Shown piece by piece: positions 14,368 through 22,189 of a stretch of 34,783 nt of DNA. The stretch is from Anaerolineae bacterium. Lineage in GTDB: Bacteria; Chloroflexota; Anaerolineae; S140-20. Both the position numbers and the translations under genes were made by a program. The stretch lies in contig JALUTT010000084.1 of the NCBI GenBank assembly GCA_027021705.1, positions 1 to 34,783 of the forward strand, written 5' to 3'. The number at the start of each line of letters is the position of its first letter. The first letter of the stretch is position 1. The notes beneath the pieces are model-generated. The model was not told the DNA's origin and searched no databases. It worked only from the letters and a program-made list of their open reading frames with translations.

Positions 14368-15897
14368 ATGCACACCTCCTCCCTCCGCTTCGAGGAGATC
14401 CTGGATCACTGCATCGTCGCCCTGCACGAGCAGGGAAGAACGGTGGAGGACTGCCTGACCCGTTACCCCGACTGGCGGGATGAACTGGAACCCCTGCTGC
14501 GCCTGGCCCTCCGGCTGAGGGCCGCCCGAACGCTGCAGGCACCGCCCGAGTTCCGGCAGGTGGCCGCCCTGCGGATGCGCAACCTGATCGCCGCCCGCCC
14601 CCGCTCGGCACCGATGACAACCCGGCCTGAAGGCCGGACCCGGACCTGGCTCCCCCTCCCCGGGCTGCGCGGGCCTGTCCTCACCGCCGCCCTGAGCGCC
14701 CTGTTGCTCCTTCTCGTGCTGTTCGGCAGTTGGATCGTCTACGCCTCTCCGCTGATCCTGCCCGGCGACACCCTCTACCCGGTGAAGACCGCTTTGGAAG
14801 CAGCCCGGCTCGCCCTCTCCCCCGACGAAGTCGGCGACGCCACCCTCCACCTGGCCTTCGCCACCCGCCGGCTGGACGAGATCGCCGCCCTGCTGGAGCA
14901 GGGACGCCCCGAGGATGTGGACGGTGCGGCCGTCGGCTACACCGCCCATCTGGAGTCGGTGCTGGCCCTGATGGGTGAAGAAGCGCAGCTTCCCACCGCC
15001 GGGCGAACCGCCTTGGCCGACCGGCTCGCCACAGAGCTGGCCCGCCAGGAGGCCCGCTTCGCCGCCCTCCTCGACCAGGCCCCTGAGAGCGTCCAGGCGA
15101 CCCTCCACCTCGCCCTGGCCGTCGAGCGGCTGGCCCAGGTCACCGTGGCCCTGGAGGGAGGCCGCCCTGAACAGACGGAAGCGGCGGCGACGGGGTACGT
15201 CGCCCAACTGGAATCGGCCCTCGCCTTCCTGGGCGAGGAGAGCCCGCTCCCGGCGGACCGGCAGACCGCCCTGGCCGGCCTGCTGAGCCAAGACCTACCC
15301 CGCCACGAGGCTCACCTGGCGGCCCTGCTGGACCGCACCCCGGCGGCCACCCGCCCGGCCCTGGAGATGGCCTACACCGCTTCCATCCTGGCGCGAGACT
15401 GGACGCGCCGCTGGATGGGCAGGGAGCCCGGTCGGCGGTTCCCCGGCGCGACGTTGGTGCCGCTTCCCACCTCCACCGCCACGCCCACGCCGTCGCCCGT
15501 GCCGCCTTCGCCGACGGCCACACCATCGCCGACGCCGATCACGCCGACACCCACCCCCTCACCGACGATCACGCCGACGAAGACACCGACACCGCCGGCC
15601 ACACCCAAGCCTTCGCCGACGCCCCGCACCCCTGGGCCGACGGTGCTGCCGACGCGGCCGGCGGTGCCACCGACGTCCACACCGTCCGTCCCACCGGCCA
15701 TCCCGACCCCACCGCCGTCACCCCCACCGCCGACGCTGCCTCCGACACCGGTCGGGCCGACGCCTCCCTCCGCGCCGCCATCGGTGCCGACACCACCGGA
15801 GTGGCCCACACCGCCGTCGTTCCCAACACCTCCGGCGCCTCCCACGCCGCCCCCCTTCCCCACGGTCCCCTCGTGGCCCACGCCGGGATGGCCGTGA
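14368..15897 (+). CDS. Putative membrane anti-sigma factor with DUF5667-like domain and Pro/Thr-rich tail
   Basis: 3 bp after the sigma gene; TVEDCLTRYP..RDELEPLL N-terminus; one TM segment; LPGDTLYPVK; duplicated helical unit; PT-rich C-terminus. Confidence 0.8.
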   Translation: MHTSSLRFEEILDHCIVALHEQGRTVEDCLTRYPDWRDELEPLLRLALRLRAARTLQAPPEFRQVAALRMRNLIAARPRSAPMTTRPEGRTRTWLPLPGLRGPVLTAALSALLLLLVLFGSWIVYASPLILPGDTLYPVKTALEAARLALSPDEVGDATLHLAFATRRLDEIAALLEQGRPEDVDGAAVGYTAHLESVLALMGEEAQLPTAGRTALADRLATELARQEARFAALLDQAPESVQATLHLALAVERLAQVTVALEGGRPEQTEAAATGYVAQLESALAFLGEESPLPADRQTALAGLLSQDLPRHEAHLAALLDRTPAATRPALEMAYTASILARDWTRRWMGREPGRRFPGATLVPLPTSTATPTPSPVPPSPTATPSPTPITPTPTPSPTITPTKTPTPPATPKPSPTPRTPGPTVLPTRPAVPPTSTPSVPPAIPTPPPSPPPPTLPPTPVGPTPPSAPPSVPTPPEWPTPPSFPTPPAPPTPPPFPTVPSWPTPGWP

Positions 15898-15979
15898 GCC
15901 GGCGGAGGCCCAGCGGACGGCGTCGCCGGGATGGTTGCACCCTGACAATCCCTGAAAGTTCCTACCAGGAGAAGCAACG

Positions 15980-17254
15980 ATGACGCCCGTCAAACGTATA
16001 GCTTATCGGAGACTGATCGCCCTTCACCTCCTCCTGGCCGTGCTCATCGTGCTCGGCAGCCTGGGGATCGCCGCCGTTCCGGTGGCCCAGGCCCAGGGAG
16101 GAGGCTGCGAGCCCGACGGTCAACAGGCCAGCGGAGCCGTCTACCGCATCTGCATGCCGCCTGAGGGAGCGTGGAACGGTGACCTGGTGGTCTACGCCCA
16201 CGGCTACGTTGCCTACAACGAACCCATCGCCATCCCCGAGGACCAACTGACCCTACCCGACGGCACCTCCCTCCCGGAACTCGTCACCAGTATGGGTTAC
16301 GCCTTCGCCACCACCAGCTACAGCGTCAACGGACTGGCCGTGAAAGAGGGGATCGCCGACCTGGTGGACCTGGTCAACATCTTCCGCGCCGGCCACGGGG
16401 AGCCGGCCCACGTCTACCTGGTCGGCCCCTCCGAGGGTGGGCTCATCACCGCGCTGGCGGTAGAGCAGTACCCCGGCCTCTTCGACGGGGGGCTCTCCGC
16501 CTGCGGACCGGTGGGGGACTTCCGCCGGCAGATCAACTACTGGGGGGACGTCCGCGTCCTCTTCGACTACTTCTTCCCCGGTGTCCTCCCCGGCAGTCCG
16601 GTGGCGATCCCCCAGGAGGTGATAGACAACTGGGAGACCGTTTACGCGCCCCGGGTGGAGGCGGCCCTGCGGGCCGATCCCCTCTCCACCGCCCAGATCA
16701 TCTCCGTAGCCCGCGTTCCCGTGGACCCGCGAGATCCCGAAACGGCCATCGCCTCCCTGATGGGGGTGCTCTGGTACAACGTCTTCGCCACCAACGACGG
16801 CCGGGTCAAGCTGGGTGGACAGCCCTTCGACAACCATAACCGCGTCTACCACGGCTCGCTCAACGACCGGGACCTCAACCGCCGCGTGGCCCGCTTCCGG
16901 GCCGACCCGGCCGCCCTGGCCGAGATCGAGGCCTACTACCAGACCTCCGGCGACCTGAGCGTGCCCCTGGTGACCCTGCACACGGTGGCCGATCCCATCG
17001 TTCCCTACTGGCACGAATCGCTCTATCGTCGTAAAATTATAGCCCACAACGACCAGAACCTGCACACCAACATCCCCTCCCTACGTTACGGCCACTGCAA
17101 CTTCACCGCCGACGAGGTCCTCCTGGCCTTCGCCCTGTTGGTTTACCAAGTGACTGGCGAAATCCCGGCTGACCTGATCCAGGCGCTGCCGGAGGATCAG
17201 GCCGCCCTTCTGCCTCAGAGCACGGCTCCGGTCGGCATCCGCCTGGGGCCGTGA
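15980..17254 (+). CDS. Secreted alpha/beta-hydrolase
   Basis: Signal peptide ending AQA; YAHGY; GPSEGG (GxSxG); LHTVADP; YGHC. Confidence 0.85.
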   Translation: MTPVKRIAYRRLIALHLLLAVLIVLGSLGIAAVPVAQAQGGGCEPDGQQASGAVYRICMPPEGAWNGDLVVYAHGYVAYNEPIAIPEDQLTLPDGTSLPELVTSMGYAFATTSYSVNGLAVKEGIADLVDLVNIFRAGHGEPAHVYLVGPSEGGLITALAVEQYPGLFDGGLSACGPVGDFRRQINYWGDVRVLFDYFFPGVLPGSPVAIPQEVIDNWETVYAPRVEAALRADPLSTAQIISVARVPVDPRDPETAIASLMGVLWYNVFATNDGRVKLGGQPFDNHNRVYHGSLNDRDLNRRVARFRADPAALAEIEAYYQTSGDLSVPLVTLHTVADPIVPYWHESLYRRKIIAHNDQNLHTNIPSLRYGHCNFTADEVLLAFALLVYQVTGEIPADLIQALPEDQAALLPQSTAPVGIRLGP

Positions 17255-17331
17255 CCTCGCCCCCCACCCCGAACCCGGGGACGGGTGGCGACCTGTTCGG
17301 CTAGAGGAACGTCAAGGGGAGCAAAGGCTGG

Positions 17332-18045
17332 ATGAACGCGGACAACGTCCTCATTGACCTGCGCAACGTCGTCAAAACCTACCAGACCGGCGCCGGCGAG
17401 GTGACCGTCCTGAAGGGCATCTCCCTTCAGGTCCGGGCCGGTGAGTTCGTCAGCGTCGTCGGCCCCTCCGGGTCGGGCAAGTCCACGCTGCTCAACATGA
17501 TCACCGGCATTGACCGGCCCACCCAAGGTGAGGTCTTCGTGGATGGTCAGGCCGTCCACACCCTGAGCGAGAACCAACTGGCCCGCTGGCGCGGCCGCCA
17601 CGTCGGCGTCGTCTTCCAGTTCTTCCAGTTGCTCCCCACCCTCACCATCGTGGAGAACGTCATGCTCCCGATGGACTTCTGCAACGTCTACCGCCGTCGG
17701 GAGCGCCGGGAGCGGGCGATGGCCCTGCTGGAGATGGTCGGCATCGCCGGCCACGCCGACAAGCTGCCCAGCACCCTCAGCGGTGGGGAGCAGCAGCGGG
17801 CGGCCATCGCCCGGGCCCTGGCCAACGATCCCCCCATCATCGTCGCCGACGAGCCGACGGGCAACTTGGACACCGCCACCGCCCAAGAGATCCTCGCCCT
17901 CTTCGAGCAGCTCGTCGCCCAGGGCAAGACGCTCCTCATCGTCACCCACGACGTCAACCTGAGCGCCCGAACCCAACGGACCATCCACCTGCTCGACGGG
18001 CGCATCCTACAGGACGAGGTAACCGTTCACCCTCCCGCAGGTTAA
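17332..18045 (+). CDS. ABC transporter ATP-binding protein (MacB/LolD type)
   Basis: Walker [30 protein letters not shown]. Confidence 0.97.
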   Translation: MNADNVLIDLRNVVKTYQTGAGEVTVLKGISLQVRAGEFVSVVGPSGSGKSTLLNMITGIDRPTQGEVFVDGQAVHTLSENQLARWRGRHVGVVFQFFQLLPTLTIVENVMLPMDFCNVYRRRERRERAMALLEMVGIAGHADKLPSTLSGGEQQRAAIARALANDPPIIVADEPTGNLDTATAQEILALFEQLVAQGKTLLIVTHDVNLSARTQRTIHLLDGRILQDEVTVHPPAG

Positions 18046-18077
18046 GCGCGTTTCCGACGCGAAACCGTGCTTCCAAT
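18019..18077 (+). mobile_element. Truncated copy of the 14-bp-TIR element (left arm only)
   Basis: 57/59 identical to 28990-29048; contains ACCCTCCCGCAGGT at 18029-18042. Confidence 0.8.
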
Positions 18078-20442
18078 GAGCATTATCTGGCACAAAGTCT
18101 GGCGCGACCTAGCGCACAACAAAACCCGCACCCTCCTGGTGGTCCTCTCCACCGCCGTGGGTGTCTTCGCCCTGGGGCTGGTCTTCGGCCTCTCCGGCGT
18201 GATGCGCACCCGCCTCACCGAGGACCACCGGGCGACCATCCCCGCCCACATCAGCTTCTGGGGCGGGCGGTTCGGCCAGGAGGTGGTGGAGGCGGTGCGC
18301 CGCGAGCCCGGCATCGCCGACGTGGAGGCCGAGGTCCGTGCCGTCTTCCGCTGGAAGCGGGAGGGGGAGGCCGATTGGCGCGACGGGAACCTGGTGGCCC
18401 GCACCGACTACACCGACCAGCGGATGAACCGGATTGACCTGCTGGAGGGCTCCTGGCCTGCCGAGCGCACCCTGGTCGTGGAGCGCCAGTCCGCCCGCTA
18501 CTTCGCCATCGGGCCGGGAACCTCCATCCTCGCCGAGTTCGGGCGCCGGGAGCGCCGCCTGCCCGTCCAGGGCATCGTGCGGGTGCCCACCGTCTACCCG
18601 CCCCAGTTCGGCGGCGACGCCACCTTCTACACGACGCCGGACACGGTCGCCTGGCTGACCGGCCTCCAGACCCCCAACCGCCTCAACGTCCGGCTGACCA
18701 CCTACAGCCGTGAGCGGGCCGAGGCGGCCGCCCAGGCGATCCAGGACCGGCTGGAGCGGATGGGGGTCTCGATAGGCGGCTACACCATCACCGACCCCAA
18801 CGTCCACTGGCTTCAAGACCAGGTGGACACCCTCTTCCTCATCCTGGGGGTGCTGGGGATGCTCTCCCTGGGCCTCAGCGCCTTCCTCATCATCAACACG
18901 ATGAACGCCATCATCGCCCAGCAGGTGTGGCAGATCGGCGTGATGAAGGTGATCGGGGCCACCTTCGCGCGGGTGGTGCGGATCTACCTGATGGTCACGC
19001 TCCTCTACGGAGCCCTGGCCCTGTTGGTCGCCGTCCCCCTGGGAACCGTCGGAGCCCACCTGATGGCCGGCTGGATGCTGGACCTGGTCAACGTGACCAA
19101 CGGCCCCTTCCGCCCCCAGGTGACGACCATCCTCCTCCAGGCCGCCGTGGGGCTGACCGTCCCGGTGCTGGCCGGGCTGGTGCCGGTGGTCGGCGGGGCC
19201 CGCATCACCCCCCACCAGGCCATCCGCACCTACGGCCTGGGCGCCGACTTTGGCCGGAGTTGGCTCGACCACCTGATCGGGCGCATCCGCCGCCTGCCGC
19301 GCCCCCTGGCCCTCAGCCTGCGCAACACCTTCCGCCACAAGGCCCGCGTCTCCCTGACCCTGCTGACGCTGGTGCTGGGGGGCGTCATCTTCATCGTGGT
19401 GATGAGCGTGGGCAGCTCCCTCAACAACACCCTCGACATGCTGCTCAACGATTTGGGCTTCGACGTCCTCCTCGGCTTCGACCGCCCCTACCGGGTGGGC
19501 CGGCTGGTGGAGATCGCCGAAGCCGTCCCCGGCGTGGCCAAGGCCGAGGTGTGGAACTACCGGGAGATCTCCCTGGCCCTGGGCGGCGGCGAGGAGCGGG
19601 AGGCCTACCTCTGGGGGGTCCCCCCCGACTCGGCCCTCTTCAGCCCCCGCATCGTCGGCGGACGGGGCTTCCTGCCCGGCGACGGACGGGCCCTCCTGCT
19701 CAACAGCAAGATCGCCGCCGAGGAGGGGATCCAGGTGGGCGATACGGTGCGGCTGACCTTGGAAGGGCGGGAGTCGGACTGGACGGTGGTAGGGCTGATC
19801 CTCAGCATCAACAACGACCAGCGAGACAACTTCGTCCCCTTCGACGCGATGACCCGAGCGATGGGGAGCGCCGGCCGGGGCAGCATCGTGATGGTGGCGA
19901 CGACGAAGCACGACCTGGCGTCCCAGACGCGGGTGGGGCTCGACCTGCGGGCGGCCTACAAGGCCCGCCGGATGGAGCCCACCTTCGTGCAGAGCGCCGG
20001 AGAGGTGCGGGCCAGCGGGCGTGCCCAGTTCAACATCCTCACCTACCTGATGCTGGCGATGGCGCTCCTGGCCGCCCTCGTGGGCAGCATGGGGCTGATG
20101 GGCACGATGTCCATCAACGTCGTCGAGCGCAGCCGGGAGATCGGCGTGATGCGGGCCATCGGGGCCACCTCCGTCGCCATCGTCACCCTCTTCGTCAGCG
20201 AGGGGATGGTGCTGGGAGCTTTGAGCTGGCTGCTGGCCCTGCCCCTCAGCTACCCCGGAGCCCGGCTCTTCAGCAACGTCGTGGGGAGCACGCTGATGCG
20301 CTTCCCCCTCGACTTCCGCTACTCGGTGGTCGGCGTCCTCCTCTGGCTGACCATCGTGCTGGTGCTCTCGGCCCTGGCCAGCCTGTGGCCGGCGCTGCGG
20401 GCTGCCAGGATCAGCGTGCGCGAGGCCCTGGCCTACGAGTGA
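18076..20442 (+). CDS. ABC transporter permease, MacB/FtsX family (two repeats)
   Basis: KVWRDLAHNKTRTLLV; QIGVMKVIGA; LSLRNTFRHKAR; ERSREIGVMRAIGA; ISVREALAYE. Start is ATG 18076 or GTG 18067. Confidence 0.93.
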   Translation: MSIIWHKVWRDLAHNKTRTLLVVLSTAVGVFALGLVFGLSGVMRTRLTEDHRATIPAHISFWGGRFGQEVVEAVRREPGIADVEAEVRAVFRWKREGEADWRDGNLVARTDYTDQRMNRIDLLEGSWPAERTLVVERQSARYFAIGPGTSILAEFGRRERRLPVQGIVRVPTVYPPQFGGDATFYTTPDTVAWLTGLQTPNRLNVRLTTYSRERAEAAAQAIQDRLERMGVSIGGYTITDPNVHWLQDQVDTLFLILGVLGMLSLGLSAFLIINTMNAIIAQQVWQIGVMKVIGATFARVVRIYLMVTLLYGALALLVAVPLGTVGAHLMAGWMLDLVNVTNGPFRPQVTTILLQAAVGLTVPVLAGLVPVVGGARITPHQAIRTYGLGADFGRSWLDHLIGRIRRLPRPLALSLRNTFRHKARVSLTLLTLVLGGVIFIVVMSVGSSLNNTLDMLLNDLGFDVLLGFDRPYRVGRLVEIAEAVPGVAKAEVWNYREISLALGGGEEREAYLWGVPPDSALFSPRIVGGRGFLPGDGRALLLNSKIAAEEGIQVGDTVRLTLEGRESDWTVVGLILSINNDQRDNFVPFDAMTRAMGSAGRGSIVMVATTKHDLASQTRVGLDLRAAYKARRMEPTFVQSAGEVRASGRAQFNILTYLMLAMALLAALVGSMGLMGTMSINVVERSREIGVMRAIGATSVAIVTLFVSEGMVLGALSWLLALPLSYPGARLFSNVVGSTLMRFPLDFRYSVVGVLLWLTIVLVLSALASLWPALRAARISVREALAYE

Positions 20443-20453
20443 GATCCTCTGCC

Positions 20454-20530
20454 ACCCTCCCACAGGTCACGCGGTGCCCGGCGACGGCAATGGCTTATCG
20501 GAGGCTACCTAGGGAAACCTGCGGGAGGGT
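20454..20530. mobile_element. MITE/REPIN-like element, 14-bp TIR (77 bp)
   Basis: ACCCTCCCACAGGT ... ACCTGCGGGAGGGT; interior related to the copies at 27087 and 29155. Confidence 0.8.
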
Positions 20531-20557
20531 CCCCGGAAAGGAGAAAGGGAAAAACCG

Positions 20558-21850
20558 ATGAGGCGATGGATTGGGCTGACAGGACTGGTGCTGGGACTGC
20601 TTCTGCTGGTCGGGTGTGGAGGCCCGATGCGACCCACCCCCGCAGCGGGCGAGACGGTGCCCGTCGTCTCCCAGGCTGATCGGGGAACCGTGGTCGCCGA
20701 GGCGGTGATCGAGCCGGCCCGCTGGGTGGAGCTCCGCTTCGACAGCGGCGGCCGGGTGGCCGAGGTGCTCGTCGCCCCCGGCGACCGGGTCGAGGCCGGC
20801 GATCCGCTGGTGCGCCTGGACACCGCCGCTATGGAGTTGGCCCTGCAGAAGGCCGAGCAGGAATACCTGGCCCAGAAAGCTGCGCTGGACCAGCAGGTGG
20901 CTCAGGCGGAGATCGAGCTGGAGATCCGGCAGCAGGAGCTGGAGAAGGCCCGCCTCCAGGACCCCAACGCCGACGTGGCCGCCGCTGAGGCCCGCGTCAA
21001 GCAGCTCCAGATGCAGCTCGCCAAGGCGCGGGCCGAGGACCCCACCCCCAACGTCATCACCGCCCGGGTCGAGTACAGCCGCACCCAGATCGCCCTCCAG
21101 GACGCCCAGACGGAGTACAACAAGGCCCTGGACCGCCCCTGGGAACCCCAGGAGGTGCGGGACGGGTACGCCAAGGCCCTCCAACAGGCCCAGCTGAACT
21201 TCGAGGCGGCCAAGGCCCGCCTCCAGCAGGCCCTGGACACCCAGCGGGCCCACGCCCTCAGCCTCAGCGTGCTGGCCGCCCAGGTGGACGAAGCCCAGGC
21301 CCAGCTCAACCAGGCCATCGCCACCCAGCAGACCTACACCGTCACGCTGAAGATTATGGAGGCCCAGGTGGAGGCCGCCCGGTTGCAACTGGACGGCCTG
21401 CGCTCCTCGGGCGAGCGGGTTTCCGAGGCCGAAGCCCGGCTGCGCCAGGCCGAGATCGCGGTGGAGGAACTGAAGCTCGACCTGCAGAAGGCGGAACTCC
21501 AGGCCCCCTTCGCCGGCACCGTGGTGGACGTGCGGGTGGAGGTGGGCGAGCAGGTCAACCCCGGCCAGGTGGTCGTGGTCCTGGCCACGCTGGACCGGCT
21601 CCAAGCCCGCACCACCGACCTGACGGAGCTGGACGTGGTGCGGGTGCGGGAGGGGCAGCCGGCCGTGGTGACGGTGGATGCCTTGCCCGATCAAGAGTTC
21701 GCCGGCGTCGTCCGCCGGGTCGCCCTCCAGGGCCAGGAGTACCGGGGCGATGTCACCTACGCCGTCACCGTCGAGCTCACCGACCCCGAACAGGCCCAGG
21801 CCCTGCGCTGGGGGATGACGGCGGTGGTGGAGATCAAGACGGAGGACTAG
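20558..21850 (+). CDS. HlyD/MacA-family adaptor subunit, lipoprotein
   Basis: Lipobox LLLVGC; GRVAEVLVAPGDRVEAGDPLVRLD; long coiled coil; LQAPFAGTV; LRWGMTA. Confidence 0.92.
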   Translation: MRRWIGLTGLVLGLLLLVGCGGPMRPTPAAGETVPVVSQADRGTVVAEAVIEPARWVELRFDSGGRVAEVLVAPGDRVEAGDPLVRLDTAAMELALQKAEQEYLAQKAALDQQVAQAEIELEIRQQELEKARLQDPNADVAAAEARVKQLQMQLAKARAEDPTPNVITARVEYSRTQIALQDAQTEYNKALDRPWEPQEVRDGYAKALQQAQLNFEAAKARLQQALDTQRAHALSLSVLAAQVDEAQAQLNQAIATQQTYTVTLKIMEAQVEAARLQLDGLRSSGERVSEAEARLRQAEIAVEELKLDLQKAELQAPFAGTVVDVRVEVGEQVNPGQVVVVLATLDRLQARTTDLTELDVVRVREGQPAVVTVDALPDQEFAGVVRRVALQGQEYRGDVTYAVTVELTDPEQAQALRWGMTAVVEIKTED

Positions 21851-21914
21851 GCAAGTTGCAAGTTGCAAGGGGCAAGTTGCAAGTTGCAAGTTGCAAGTTG
21901 CAAGGGTGCAAGGG
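21851..21914 (+). repeat. 8-9 x heptamer GCAAG(TT/GG)
   Basis: Starts on the base after the adaptor gene's TAG. Confidence 0.95.
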
Positions 21915-22011
21915 AAGGAGGAAGCAGGCAATATCTGAAGCGCGGCCGCCATTGGGCGATCAGGGCGCTCCCAGGGCTTGCCACCCGGTAGGAGGCGTCG
22001 AGTCGTAAGTG

Positions 22012-22137
22012 ACAAGGTGCAAGGCACAAGGTGCAAGGCACAAGGCGCAAGGCACAAGGTGCAAGGCGCAAGGCGCAAGGCACAAGGTGCAAGGCGCAAG
22101 GTGCAAGGCGCAAGGTGCAAGGCACAGGGTGCCGGGC
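22012..22137 (+). repeat. 16 x heptamer RCAAGGY plus two degenerate units
   Basis: Counted 16 units over 22012-22123, then acagggt gccgggc. Confidence 0.96.
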
Positions 22138-22189
22138 ACGGGTTGTCGGCTACAGATCGCAGACTCAACGGAAAGGAGAGGAGAACGCT

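Noticed and set aside
22031..22189. N-terminal extension of the S8 protease, and ORFs 21847-22125 and 22009-22641
   Set aside because: These are translations of the heptamer arrays; RBS and signal peptide point to ATG 22190.
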